A stretch of 63,494 nucleotides of DNA, counting the filler, from Octopus bimaculoides (taxonomy: Eukaryota), in assembly GCF_001194135.2 (NCBI RefSeq). It is 5 parts of 5 records of this genome, joined end to end, with 100 filler letters (N's around TTAATTAATTAA, not from the genome) between each part and the next. Parts side by side here need not be neighbours in the genome. Positions count along the whole stretch, not along the records: positions 1 to 20,550 come from NC_069006.1; 4 more parts are not named here. One strand, written 5' to 3'. The notes under the pieces are model-generated. The model was not told the origin of the DNA and ran no database searches. It saw only the letters and a program-made list of their open reading frames with translations. Shown here piece after piece: positions 1 to 12,712 of this stretch. The number at the start of each line of letters is the position of its first letter. The stretch's first letter is position 1. A program made the translations under genes and the position numbers.

Positions 1-35
<35 letters not shown>

Positions 36-138
36 CATAGAAAGATAATAGGTAAAAGTACATATATACACATATACATATACAAACATGCACACACACA
101 TATATATATACATATACATGCATATGCACACCTTTATA

Positions 139-290
139 CTTACGACTCGTGTTTCACGTTACAGCGCTGAAGATCGCAGTGGCGTGAAACTCGAGTCATA
201 AGCTTTCAGCTTCAGTTTTATTAGAAAAGATATATCCCCTACAACATGTATTGAGCACTCCTTCATTCGCCTGATATTATGCAACGCACG
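139..290 (+). repeat. Fold-back repeat with hammerhead-like core; probable Penelope-like pseudo-LTR remnant
   Basis: 20-bp inverted repeat (139-158 vs 183-202, 18/20 matches) enclosing CTGAAGA; right arm reads GAAAC-TCGA-GTC. Downstream sequence loosely resembles 41220-41280. Confidence 0.5.
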
Positions 291-292
291 TA

Positions 293-1416
293 CGAGGATG
301 GGCTGAGAAGTTCATAGGCTGACTTTGATGGAGTGATGCTAGAGTTGTGAAATCTTGTATGCATTCATTTCAGCCCTTCTCATTAATAACTGCATTGTTT
401 TTTCCAGCTAAACTGACATCTCACTGCTCAAAGAAGACTTCAAACGTAACTAGTAGTGACTTCTCTTGAAAAGTGGTTTGCTACATTAGAAGACAGTACT
501 CCAGCTTTATCCACAGTGCAAAAAGTAGACAGCGGAATTTAGAAGAGGAAAGAAGAATGCTGAAGGTAAACCGTCATCTGGATATCTTGTAATTGCCACC
601 ACCGAGGAAATCACTCACCATGTTCACCACATGGTGATGGACGGGCGATTGACTCTAAAGCATATTCCGTGAGAGAGTTGAGAGCATTCTGTACAATGAA
701 CTCGGCATGACGAAGGTTCCTGCTTGGTGGGCGCCATGTCTTTTGGTATATAATCAAAAGCACACTAGGTTGATCACATCACGGGAAAATCTGACATTGT
801 TTGAGGCAGATCCAACTGGTTTCCTTGAGCTGTTTCTAATCCAGGAAGAGTGTTGGCTTCATGACTTTGAGCCAGAGACAAAGAAACAATTCATACAGTG
901 GAAACACTCCCCTTCATTTACAGAGCAGGCGATGGCTTCAGTTTATTGGGATGCAAAAGGCATCCCTTTTGACTATTTTCAAAAGGATCGCACCATCAAC
1001 GGAGAATACTATACCAATTTGCCGAGGCAGTTACGAAAGGCTATCAAGACCAAACGCCCAGAAAAACTAACGAAAGGGGTCTTTTTTCATCAGGACAATG
1101 CTCCAGGACACAAGTGACTGTGGCTTTGGACTGGTAGATCACCCTCCTTGTTCTCCTGATTTGCCCTCATCTGACTGTCATCTGTTCCCTAACATGAAAA
1201 AAAAAACCCCACTTGGCTGGGAAGCAGTACTGCAGTAATGATGATGTCGTATCTGCTATTGGTGACTTTCCTGACCAATAGGACACAAGCACTGCAACAC
1301 CGACGGAAGAAGTGTGTGGACCGCAAGGGATCTATATTGAAAAGTAAACCTCATTTGGTCACATTCCATTAGAATATCTTGATCAGCCTATGAACTTTTT
1401 ACCCAACTCTCCCGTG
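293..1416 (+). mobile_element. Decayed mariner (DD34D-type) DNA transposon
   Basis: TA followed by left TIR cgaggatgggctgagaagttcataggctga; imperfect right TIR tcagcctatgaactttttacccaactctcccg (~1383-1415). Frameshifted transposase remnants: AWWAP (WVP-like), WLHDFEPETK, MASVYWDAKG, HQDNAPGH, SPDLPSSDCHLFPNMKK. Confidence 0.92.
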
Positions 1417-1579
1417 CGCGCGTACGCACACTCACACACGCACGCATGCCTACGCTTACATATGTATGCATGTATGTATGGAAGCATCTAAAGAGTGTGA
1501 GACAAAAGTTGCTTTCACTCTTGAAACTCATTTAATTTTAAAATCGAATAATTACTTTTGATAATAATGTGTATCATAC

Positions 1580-1584
<5 letters not shown>

Positions 1585-1652
<68 letters not shown>

Positions 1653-1665
1653 TGTGTGTGTGTGT
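1585..1665. repeat. (GT)n microsatellite
   Basis: Direct reading of the sequence. Confidence 0.95.
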
Positions 1666-1799
1666 TTAAAAAAAATTTTTTTTTATAGGTGCATGGAGTA
1701 CAAGCGAACGAAGTTACAATACTCCTTGCCTTTCCAATAGGCAGAGCGCTGGCCTGATTCAGGGTCAGCTACCAGCTGTTGCTGGTTCGTATTTTTCCC

Positions 1800-1900
1800 C
1801 CACCTAAATATGGATTGAAGCAGCGTGTAATTAAATATTTGGCTCAAGAACGCAATGCACCGCCCAGTTTGAAGATCGGGTGTGAGAAATCAGGCCACGC
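1800..1900 (-). mobile_element. Degenerate tRNA-derived SINE head
   Basis: ttggctcaagaacgcaatgcaccgccc resembles the reverse complement of the gtccttgagcaagacac segment of the SINE at 7411. Confidence 0.45.
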
Positions 1901-2810
1901 GCTTCTGTGTGCACACACACGCACATAATTCATACACAAACACACACTCACTCATATACACAAACGTGTTACACGTCAAAAATGATGGAGTTTATTTATG
2001 TCGCTGTAGTATTTCATATTGACTATGCTTAAAGTCCTGCTCCGTTTTCTTCCTGTGTTTCATTTTGTTTTCTTTCAGTTACTCTTCTTCAATATTCCCA
2101 ACAAACCACTCGCACATCTTTTCTCTTTCTCTCACTCTCGTATACACACAGACACACATATTTTTCTTATACTTCTGCTTTACCCCTTCACTTCTTTCCA
2201 TAACATTCTGTCTATCTAACTATCAACCTATCTGTATTGTTCTCTTTCCGCTACTCCCATATACGATATCCCCTTTCTCGTCTTTTAATGTTATCTCATT
2301 AATTTCCCTTATTGTTGATTTTTACGGTTTTTCTTTCCACTTCTCTCTTCCACCCTTTTATCTGCCTTTTTCAGGATTTAATTGTCTTCGCCTTAGCACG
2401 ACTGTGTGTCTCAAGCTGCTGACTCGCACCCTGTAAATTTCCTACTTATCTATTTATCTATCGAGCAATACTTCCACAGTTTGTAATAATATTTTTTCTC
2501 TTTCATCTCTCGCAGTATAGTCACTACTTTCTCTTTCAGCATGATAGAAAAGAAGTAAACAAAAAGGGGAAAAAGGACCGTAAATATAACTAACTATAAC
2601 GTGTATATATTTATAGAAGTGTGCATGTGTGTGTGTATATATACATATATATGTATATAATTGTATATATACATATATATATATGCATATATATGTACAC
2701 ATATATGCACACAGACGCATGTCTATATGCACACACACATATACGTGTGTATATGTATGATAGATACTCAGCAGCTTATATTTCACACGATACACTCTCA
2801 CACATGCCAG

Positions 2811-2846
<36 letters not shown>

Positions 2847-3124
2847 ACTACCCCACACCTCCTCGCACACCCACACAGCAAGTCGTCACCGTATTGTATA
2901 AGCTGTTTTGTTCTTGCATTGTATCTCAATTAGGATTAATTAACAGAGAAAATTGATTGTATTTTTGCTCCGTCGTAACGGCGTCAATTGACCATCAATG
3001 AATTAGCACTTCATCAAGTTCTTTGATTGCGGAATTCTTAGTTTCTAATTGCGTTGGAATGATTTGCAGGAGGTTTTAATTGAAGCAAATTGATTCCACT
3101 CCAGTTTGCTTCTCACGTAAAAAC

Positions 3125-3774
3125 AAACATTATCAGAGAGAGGAAAGAGAGAGAGAGAGAGGTAGGTAGAGAGAGAGGGGAAAGAGAGAGAGGAAGAGTC
3201 AGAGGGAGAGAGGAAAGAGGGGAACAGTGAGAGGTAGAGAGAGAGGAAACAGAGAGAGAGAGGGAGGAAGAGTGAGAGTTAAAGAGAGAGAGAGAGACAG
3301 AGGAAAGAGTAAGAAAGAGAGAGCGTGTGTGTGAAAGTGAAACAGTTGCGTGCAAGGGAAAACAATATGAGAGGAAAGACAGAGCGAGAGAGAGACATAA
3401 AAATAGGAGGGAGGGAGAGAGAGATAGAGTGAGAGAGAAAGAGAGAGAAAGAGAGAGAGAAAGACAGATAGATAGCTAGACAGACAGAAAGAGACAGAGA
3501 AAGAGGGTGTGTGTGTGAGAGAGAGAGAAATTGGGAGTTGCGTGTAAGGGAAAACGAGGATATGAGAGGAAAGAGAGAAGGGAGAAATACAGAGGGCTGA
3601 AAGAGAGAGAGAGAGGTAAAATAGTGAAGGAGAGGGAGAGAGAGAAGGAAAGAGAGAGTATGTGCATGTGAGAGAGAATGTTAGAGACGTATGTAAGGGG
3701 AAAAAGGGGATGAAAGAGCGAGAGACAGACAGACAGATATACAGAGATAAAAGAGATAAGGAGAGAGAGAGAGA

Positions 3775-3805
<31 letters not shown>

Positions 3806-3905
3806 AAAAAGGGTGTGCAAGAGAGAAATTGATGAAGAATTGTGTGTGAGGGAAAAACGAGAAGAAATAGAGAGATTAAAAAGAGAGGGGAATGAAAGAG
3901 AGAAA
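3125..3905. repeat. Compound (GA)n/(GAAA)n purine-rich low-complexity tract
   Basis: Direct reading; explains the Ser/Leu-rich minus-strand ORFs at 3113-3955. Confidence 0.9.
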
Positions 3906-4097
3906 GTATATGTTTGTGTGATAAAGAGAAAAACAACGAGCAACAAGATTCTCACAACGCCGGAGCTTATAGTGATGATGGTGGTGGTGGTGGTGCAGGT
4001 GGTAGTGGGGGAGATAGTTTCGACTGTGGCAAGCTAAAATGTGTGATATCCAAAATATCAGAGACCATCTCAGCCTCCGTTTAACACTATATATACA

Positions 4098-4182
<85 letters not shown>

Positions 4183-5230
4183 TATACATACACACACACA
4201 CTCACGTACACCACACGTCATTCTAACCAACCGACCAATCAGACGACCGACAAGCTCAACCCAGCCGACCAACCAGCCAACCGACACAGTTTATAAATAT
4301 ATTAGCAAGTATCAATTAAATCTGGTAATTTAATCTAGATTGATCTGCAGTAAAAACATCATTGGAACGATCGAAAACATCTTTCTCTTCCTCCTACCCC
4401 GGCCTTTCCTCCTCCTCCTCCCGTCTTGCTTCCTGACCAATTCACCACCACCGCTACTGCAGCCACCACCACCACCACCACTATGTCTCACCACTTTCAC
4501 ACTAAACACTACTTCTCTTCTTTCTTTCTTTCCTTTTCATTGTCATATTCGCCTCCACCCCCTCCAATATCTTTCTTCCATCTTTCGTTTTCCTATTCTC
4601 TTTCACTCCCACTCATTCCTACTCTATTCATCAAACCCCTTTCTTTGCACTCTTGTTCCATTCTTTCTTCCCCACCCGTCTCCCATACTCTCCACACACT
4701 CTGTCTCTCTCATATTCACCCACATCTCTCTTTTACGGTCTTCTCCCCCCTCCCTCTTTCTCATTACACATTTTCACTGTTCTACCCGTATCCCACCCAG
4801 CAGGATCAGATATAGCGTTGGATTAACCATTAAGCAAGATAAGCATGAGCTTAGGACATCAAAGGAAGTGATAGTAAGGATCACAGAAATGGTAAATGGT
4901 TTACGGCACAAAAGAAAATTACTTTAAAAATTCCTAAAACAATATTCGAAGTAGTTTCTATCATCGGAAATATAATTTCAAAGTGTTTATAGTATTACAG
5001 TGATTTTCTGATCAAAGACATTGCAATAAAAAAAGTAAGAGGCAAATTTTCAAATATAGATAAAGCGGAAGTATACAAAAATAAACATTATTTCCCATCT
5101 TACTGTTAGTTTTGTTTCATTTTGAAAAATAAAAAAATTATTTCATGGCTTATTATTGTTTATGTTTTAAATTACATATATATCGGGTCACCAGAATCTT
5201 TCAATAGCTTAGGGCTCTATGGGTCTTAAT

Positions 5231-5300
5231 ACTAGGAGCGCTGAAAAGTTCCCGGCTTTAAGGATATCGCAAAAGGCCTTATTGGAGACCCAACCTTCCG
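5231..5300 (+). mobile_element. Isolated mariner-like left terminal fragment
   Basis: taggagcgctgaaaagttcccggctttaaggatatcgc resembles a mariner TIR start (compare ggctgagaagttc at 301). No partner end found. Confidence 0.5.
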
Positions 5301-5354
5301 TGTATGTGTCTGTGTGGTCATAGAATGGTGGCTTATCTACAATATACAAGTTAC

Positions 5355-5583
5355 AGGGGTGGCTGTGTGGTAAGAGGTTTGCTTCCGAACCGTATGGTTT
5401 CCTGTTCAGTNNNNNNNNNNNNNNNNNNNNNNNNNNNNNNNNNNNNNNNNNNNNNNNNNNNNNNNNNNNNNNNNNNNNNNNNNNNNNNNNNNNNNNNNNN
5501 NNNNNNNNNNNNNNNNNNNNNNNNNNNNNNNNNNNNNNNNNNNNNNNNNNNNNNNNNNNNNNNNNNNNNNNNNNNNNNNNNNN

Positions 5584-5638
<55 letters not shown>

Positions 5639-5875
5639 TGTGTTTCCTTGTCTCATACCACCGCTTGACAACCGGTGTTGGTGTGTTTCTGCAAAAGAGA
5701 CTGATATTATAAGCACCAGGCATTTAAAAAAATGATTCGTGCTTACATTATCGGCAGAAGAGAACGATAGAATAAGTACCAGCCTTAATAAAAGTACTGG
5801 TGTTGACTTGTTCGACTTAAATTCTTCAAGGTTGTGCCCCAGCATGACCGAAGTCTAATGGCTGAAATGACTGAA
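5355..5875 (+). mobile_element. tRNA-derived SINE (family B), interrupted by a gap and (GA)n
   Basis: Head gtggctgtgtggtaagaggtttgcttccgaacc; 3' part cttgacaaccggtgttggtgtgttt...gatagaataagtacc...gtctaatggctgaa, shared with copies at 19895, 31230, 34090 and 37450. Confidence 0.8.
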
Positions 5876-5929
5876 GAAGATAAAACGATAAATCGGTTCA
5901 ATCCCAAGAGAACTATTGACTACAGTAAA

Positions 5930-6170
5930 ACTATGAAGCAGAATACGATTTGGTACAACCCGCCTTGTAACATTGAAATAGAAATACAAATTATTTTTGT
6001 AAAATATTAGGCACTTTCCGATCGCTCCATAAGTTTGACAAAATAAAACCGTGCACAAATCTTTACTTTCCCAAACATCGGTAAAAGTAACAAACTTATA
6101 ATTAATCAATCCATACCTAAGACAACTATTACTAGTATTAAAACTAAGTAGGCCAAACGTTAGTCGTAAA
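5930..6170 (+). mobile_element. Penelope-like element fragment (RT-to-endonuclease linker)
   Basis: Translates NTIWYNPPCN, then frameshifted HFP and FPNIGK, resembling the IWxNPPY...KHFP...SYSCxxN linker of C-terminal GIY-YIG PLEs. Confidence 0.6.
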
Positions 6171-6319
6171 ATCCCCGCTTTTAACTCTTCATAAAGTTGA
6201 CAAAGTATTAATCAAGAATACAATTTAAACTTACAATTTAAACTTATTTATGATATTTATAGCTTTCTTTGTGATTGAAGATCCACTGTTCTTTCCTAAA
6301 AGATATATATATAGGCAAC

Positions 6320-6470
6320 TTGGCGGTTCGGCAAAATATATCGATATAATAAGTACTAGGTTTACAAAGAATAAGTCTTGGGGTCGATTTGTTCGACTAG
6401 AACTCCTTAAGATGGTGCTCCAGCATAGCCACAGTAAAATGACTGAAACAAGTAAAAGAATTAAAACTTA
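6320..6470 (+). mobile_element. SINE family B, 3' part
   Basis: ttggcggttcggcaaaa...aataagtactagg...ggggtcgatttgttcgact...aatgactgaaacaagtaaaaga. Confidence 0.8.
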
Positions 6471-7373
6471 ATGTGTGTGTGTGTAAAAGGGATTTGGGTT
6501 CGATTCCGAGGCGTACTAATACTCTCTCTCCGTCATGAATGTATATAGCCCAAGAAAGACTACTTTCTATAGTCAATATATACAGTGAATTATATTTACG
6601 AAATACACACACACATACATACATATATATATATATAGACACACACACGCATACGTATATAGACACATACATAGATACACTCACACACACATATATATGC
6701 TTATATACATTCATATACATACATATTTGTACATACATTCATACATACATACGTACATATATTGTAAATGTGTTTTTTTTTCTACCAACAAAAATACCAG
6801 CAAATAAAACAAGAAATGTCTAAATGTCTTGTTTTTTCTCCTTTCATTGGCAGCAGCCGACACTTTCAGTCAAACGATTTCAGTTAAGTTCCAAGTCGTG
6901 ACACAAATGATTGTCACAAATTTCCTTCACGCAGCTGTTTCATAAATCATTTAGTTCTCAGCTATGTCACAAGCAAATTAGAATTGTCCGTAATTGTAAT
7001 TTTCTTACAAATCATGCTCTTCCATCAGTCGCCATTTTCACACACAAGTTACACGAAGTCCAAACGCTATTTATATCATCTGTCACGACACATTTCACTG
7101 AAATCAATATATTTACACACAAAAACACCTTGACACTTCAGTTATTGTTACTTTACACTAAATATCATTGCTGTTTGTAGATTAGACACAAGCCAAAATT
7201 ATGTGTGTGTTTGAGAGAGAGAGAGGAGGGGGGCTTTCTATGTGTGTATAAATCTCTACGCCTATATCTGTGTGTAACAATCTGTCTGTCTGTATCTGTG
7301 TGCCACAATTACTGCGTGTATGTCAAGCTCTCTGTTTCGGCCTCTGTGCGACTATAGCCATGTGTGTCGATCT

Positions 7374-7412
7374 TAACCCTAGGTTAGGGTTAGGGTTAGG
7401 GTTAGGGTTAGG
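7374..7412 (+). repeat. Short interstitial (TTAGGG)n tract
   Basis: taaccctagg followed by ttagggttagggttagggttagggttagg (four full units plus a partial). Confidence 0.9.
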
Positions 7413-7700
7413 CACACAGCTCAGTGACTCACGATCGTGAGCTTGTGAGTTCCATTCCCGGCGATGCCACGCGTCCTTGAGCAAGACACTTTATTTCAGT
7501 TCACTCACCTGGCAAAAATGAGTTTGTACCTGTAATTCAAAAGGACCAGCCTTGCCACATTCTGTGTCACGCGAGTCTCTCTGAGAACTACGATAAGGGT
7601 ACGCGTGTCTGAGAAGTGCTTAACCATTTACACATCAATTGCACGAGCAGACTTCCGCTCATTGTATCAGCTGGAACCTTCGTCATCGTAACCGACAATG
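7411..7700 (+). mobile_element. tRNA-derived SINE (family C)
   Basis: Degenerate A/B boxes (gctcagtg; gagttccattccc), then gtccttgagcaagacactttatttc...ctgagaactacg...cgtcatcgtaaccgac. Confidence 0.75.
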
Positions 7701-7994
7701 TGCCAGTTATCTATACACGTGTGTCAATCCGTGTCCTACATGCGTGCATCCTCAACCTCTGTGTATCTAAGTTACAGCTTGTCGATTTCGGTATAACCAA
7801 AATCAGTATGAATGTAACTATATCTGCATATAAAGAGATGATGGTTAACTATTGTCACATTCTAAACGATGTTGTTTCCATTTCATCGAGACTTGGGAAT
7901 CTCACAATAAAACGATTTGTATCCATTCGTTTATTACAAATACAGCGTATTACTGTAAAACACACGCGCACACACATAAGCATATATATCTTAC

Positions 7995-8125
7995 TTTTTC
8001 TTTTAGTTGTTTCAGTCATTCGACTGTGGCCATACCGAGGCACCGTTTTGAAGAATTTCAGTCGTACGAATCGACCCCAGTCCTTTTTTAATCCTTGTAC
8101 TTATTCTATCTGTTTCCCATTGCTG
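7995..8125 (-). mobile_element. SINE family B, 3' part
   Basis: Reverse complement of the 6320-6470 type sequence (gtttcagtcattcgactgtggccat...tcgaccccag). Confidence 0.8.
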
Positions 8126-8384
8126 GATAGTTAGTAAGGAAAGACACACAAACAAGAAAGAAGAAAGCAAAGGACCACTGATGAGGTCACAGAAGTGTGA
8201 CGAAAGAACTTTGGCCGAAAACCGATTAATGTAAAAAAAAAATAATAAAGCTGAAGCTTTATAGTGGGTGTGTTTTTATTGGCTAAACTGGCAACATGAC
8301 CATCCCCCAAATACAATATATGAAACTCCAACACAGTTCTGTTTTCAATTTAACTTGTCTGGAAGTATTTCTTCCTGGTCGTTA

Positions 8385-8525
8385 CGTTCTGATTTCAAAT
8401 TTTACATTTGCCTTTCATCCTTTCCGAGTCGGTAAAATGAGGCCTCAGACAAGTACTTAGAGTTCATTGCATCTACTAACGCATTCCTCCGCTTCAAAAC
8501 AACCGGCCTTGTGCCTATGTCAGAA
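8385..8525 (+). mobile_element. SINE family A fragment
   Basis: tacgttctgatttcaaatt...ttgcctttcatcctttccgagtcg...ggccttgtgcc, shared with 49875-50090. Confidence 0.65.
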
Positions 8526-8994
8526 ACAATGAAACATCTTTGTAAAAATTATGTTTCCTGTATTCAAATGCGCGCGCATACACGCACGTGATTGTTGTGT
8601 GTGTGTGTGTGTGTAGCTTTGGAAAGTAAATGTGAGAATAACTCAATATGCATAGTAGTAATTCTTTATTCATGGAGTACTGTTTGCGGTAAAGTTCGAT
8701 CGCAAATGAATTTAACGAGAATGACTTCATATGTATGTATGTATGTATATGAATGTGTTTGTGTATGTATGCGTTTATGTATGTACGAGTGCATGTGCGT
8801 ATGTATATGAGTATATGTGTATATATATATATGTGTGTGTGTGAGTCTTTACACAAGTGTACACACACACACATGTATATACATTTGTATGTATTTATAT
8901 ACACAATTCTTTATACAAGTGTAGTTTATATATACACACACACATACATATTATGTATGTGCGTGTGTATATGTCCTTTCACAAATGTAACCGA

Positions 8995-9025
<31 letters not shown>

Positions 9026-9495
9026 GTAGTATACGTACACACAAATACATATATATGGCTTTATAAAAGTATTGGTTACTCGCACTTAAAGACATACACA
9101 CACACACACACAGACACACACACAGACATACACACACACACACATGGTTATGTACGAGTGTAGCTATTCTCGTTAATTTTGTTTGCGATAGAAATGCGTC
9201 AATTTTTCACAGCCGAACCTCTGGCTTTCATTAAGTAGGACATATCATTCGGATGACGTAAGATGGCGGCTAACTGTTAATTAAATGCTCTTTTAAATCC
9301 CTACAACTAACACTTCAATCGAATAACCAGCTTTTTATTGCTTACTTCTTGCCGTGAAATCCAATCATGGCAACCAATTTCACAGTTTGTTTGATGCAAA
9401 TAGATACACACATTCACACACATTCATGTGTATGTACGCATAAATAGATACACATTCATTAAGAATGACATACACAAATGCGAAATTTGTAAGTT

Positions 9496-9530
<35 letters not shown>

Positions 9531-9742
9531 TCAAATACACACAAATACAGATACTTATTCACTAAGAAAGACAGACACATACGCATACACAATTTATATT
9601 TGTACATATCTACACACATTTATATATGGCTATGTGTATATGCATAGAAATGTATATATGCGATTATTGATGTATATATGTAGACACAGACAGTTATTTA
9701 TACATTTGTTTATTTTTTATATATATGTTTGTATTATATATA

Positions 9743-9783
<41 letters not shown>

Positions 9784-10139
9784 CCATACATATGTGTGTG
9801 TGTGTATGAATATATATATATATATATATATATATANNNNNNNNNNNNNNNNNNNNNNNNNNNNNNNNNNNNNNNNNNNNNNNNNNNNNNNNNNNNNNNN
9901 NNNNNNNNNNNNNNNNNNNNNNNNNNNNNNNNNNNNNNNNNNNNNNNNNNNNNNNNNNNNNNNNNNNNNNNNNNNNNNNNNNNNNNNNNNNNNNNNNNNN
10001 NNNNNNNNNNNNNNNNNNNNNNNNNNNNNNNNNNNNNNNNNNNNNNNNNNNNNNNNNNNNNNNNNNNNNNNNNNNNNNNNNNNNNNNNNNNNNNNNNNNN
10101 NNNNNNNNNNNNNNNNNNNNNNNNNNNNNNNNNNNNNNN

Positions 10140-10187
<48 letters not shown>

Positions 10188-10622
10188 CACACACACACAC
10201 ACACAAGCATACATATACACCATTCATATATATATGCGTGTATGTCCTTGTGTGTGTGTATGTGTGTATTTGTTTGAACATACACAGACACACACACGTG
10301 CGCGCACGCGTACACGAACCTCGAGCCAGTCACGTAAACATTCTCAGAATGCAGACTTCATACTTTGCTGCATGGTCGTTTACATTACCATTAAAGCTAC
10401 TGAATTTCATAAACCAATTCCTTGTGCACCAGACGTGAAGCTGTCATATTTAATCCCTTAATACCAGCACCTACATGATGTCCCTTGGATATGCTGCCAG
10501 TCTAACTTCCCACTTTAGAAATTTATTATCAACTACCATGTACCAAACCTTCAGTCAAACAAATCCCCTTCTTGTTGGACTAATAAGTTGTATTCTGTGT
10601 TACTTTAACGTGTAGGGTACCT

Positions 10623-10938
10623 GTTTTAGTCTGCAGTCAACCTAGCCATTTACGTTTTAGTCTACAGTTTACCTGGCCATTTACGTTTTAGTCTGCGGTC
10701 TACCTAGCCATTTACGTTTTAGTCTGCAGTTTACCTGGCCATTTATGGTTTAGTCTGCAGTCTACCTGGCCAATTACGTTTAGTCTGGGGTCTTACCTGG
10801 CCATTTATGTTTTAGTCTGCAGTCTACCTAGCCATTTATGTTTTAGTCTGCAGTCTACCTGGCCAATTACGTTTAGTCTGCAGTCGACTTGGTCATTTAT
10901 GTTTAAGTTTTCTGTCTACTTGGCCAATTACGTTTTAG
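10623..10938. repeat. 31-bp minisatellite, ~10 copies
   Basis: Unit gttttagtctgcagtctacctggccatttac repeated in tandem with scattered substitutions and 1-bp indels. Confidence 0.92.
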
Positions 10939-10942
10939 CTAT

Positions 10943-10993
<51 letters not shown>

Positions 10994-11707
10994 GCGACTC
11001 CAGATCATCAGCGTCACTCAGGCTCATCACAGATTTCGCATAAGACATGCCTGCTCGAAGAATCTCACGTGTTTTCGCTTTCCATCTAGTCCCAAACGGC
11101 TTTTTTTTTATATCTAACACTATGTCTTTCTCCATTTCTAAGTTAAGGGTTAAAATAAAGCAACCCTGCAAAACACAACTGGTCTTTACACAAAGACGCA
11201 CAGAATAATAGCAATCAAATAACGACAGTGGAGTGCACAAGAAACATCAGCAATCTGACTGTCACCTGTGTTCTTGACAAGAGATGCCAGTTAGTCTTTT
11301 ACATCTACCAGGCTCGTTCGTATTAGCTCTAGTTACTGGATAATTTTTCGTCTTTAAGAATATTGTAGAACAGAAACTTTTCATAGATTGGAAGTTAAAT
11401 CCTAATCTCTATTGAAATTTATTGCTTCAAGAAAACATTGAATTTGAATTACTTTTAAATTTTTTGATTATAGATAACAACTCGGGCTGTAAATTCTGAA
11501 CCCGAGTCAAGAGCGTGTGAATGATGTCGAGAGAACGTCTGCTACGAATGATATTTTTCGACACAGGGCACTTCTCAGTCGACCGCCAGACGCTGAACGA
11601 AAATAAATGATCTGCGACCAGGCTCAATAAAAGGAGCCCGACGTATTGGCTGCAATTACATACTTGAAGTCAGTGTCGGCAGAAATTAAATCAGCTTGCA
11701 AATACAC

Positions 11708-11738
<31 letters not shown>

Positions 11739-12007
11739 ATTTATACATATATATATGTATGTATATGTGTGTGCGTGTGTATATATATCATATTTACATA
11801 TATATATATATATATATTTATATACACAGACATCACTATATATCCTCTTTTCTTCTCATACGTTGCTTCCCTCCCACTCCTCTTACTATCACCCAAAGTA
11901 CTCCCTTCTTTACAATTGTCTTCCAGAAACTCCCTACTTCGCAGTTAGCTTCCAGAAACATATTGACTCGGTATAATATGAAATGTGAGGTGTGCTTCTC
12001 TGAGAGC

Positions 12008-12061
<54 letters not shown>

Positions 12062-12172
12062 NNNNNNNNNNNNNNNNNNNNNNNNNNNNNNNNNNNNNNN
12101 NNNNNNNNNNNGTTATATCTATCATTGTGTGAACACACACTTCTGTATGTGTAAGCATGTCAATATATAAAA

Positions 12173-12223
<51 letters not shown>

Positions 12224-12648
12224 TGTATGTGTGTATATGTGAATCTGTATATATACACGATCATTAATTTGGTAGAACTTCTGAGAATCGCTTTTTTTTT
12301 GTCTGACAAGAGTTCTGCTACAGTAGACCACTTCAGGGAATATATTTTACCACTACCTCCAACACACACACACTCATACACACACATACGTGTGTGCATG
12401 CACATATAAAAGCATGTAAGCATATATAGGCATATGCATGAATATATATACATGAATATATATATATATATATATACTTATATATATACATATATATATA
12501 TATNNNNNNNNNNTATATATATATATACTTATATATATACATATATATATATATAAACATGAATATGTGTGTATGTGTATACGTTTATATATATATATGT
12601 ATGTATACATATGCATGTATGTATATGTGCATACATGCATACACGTGC

Positions 12649-12712
<64 letters not shown>

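Noticed and set aside
4800-4927. Short open frame after a CT-rich tract
   Set aside because: No recognisable domain; at most a faint RTE 3'-end resemblance.
6488-6515. gggttcgattccg B-box-like motif
   Set aside because: Isolated box with no tRNA structure; probably a SINE scrap.
10623-10938. CRISPR-like regular repeats
   Set aside because: The units are contiguous with no unique spacers, the context is eukaryotic, and there are no cas genes.
10990-11030. gactccagatca resembling a tRNA-Trp anticodon arm; reverse strand has CTGATGA
   Set aside because: No cloverleaf, no A/B boxes, and no GAAA or stems for a hammerhead.
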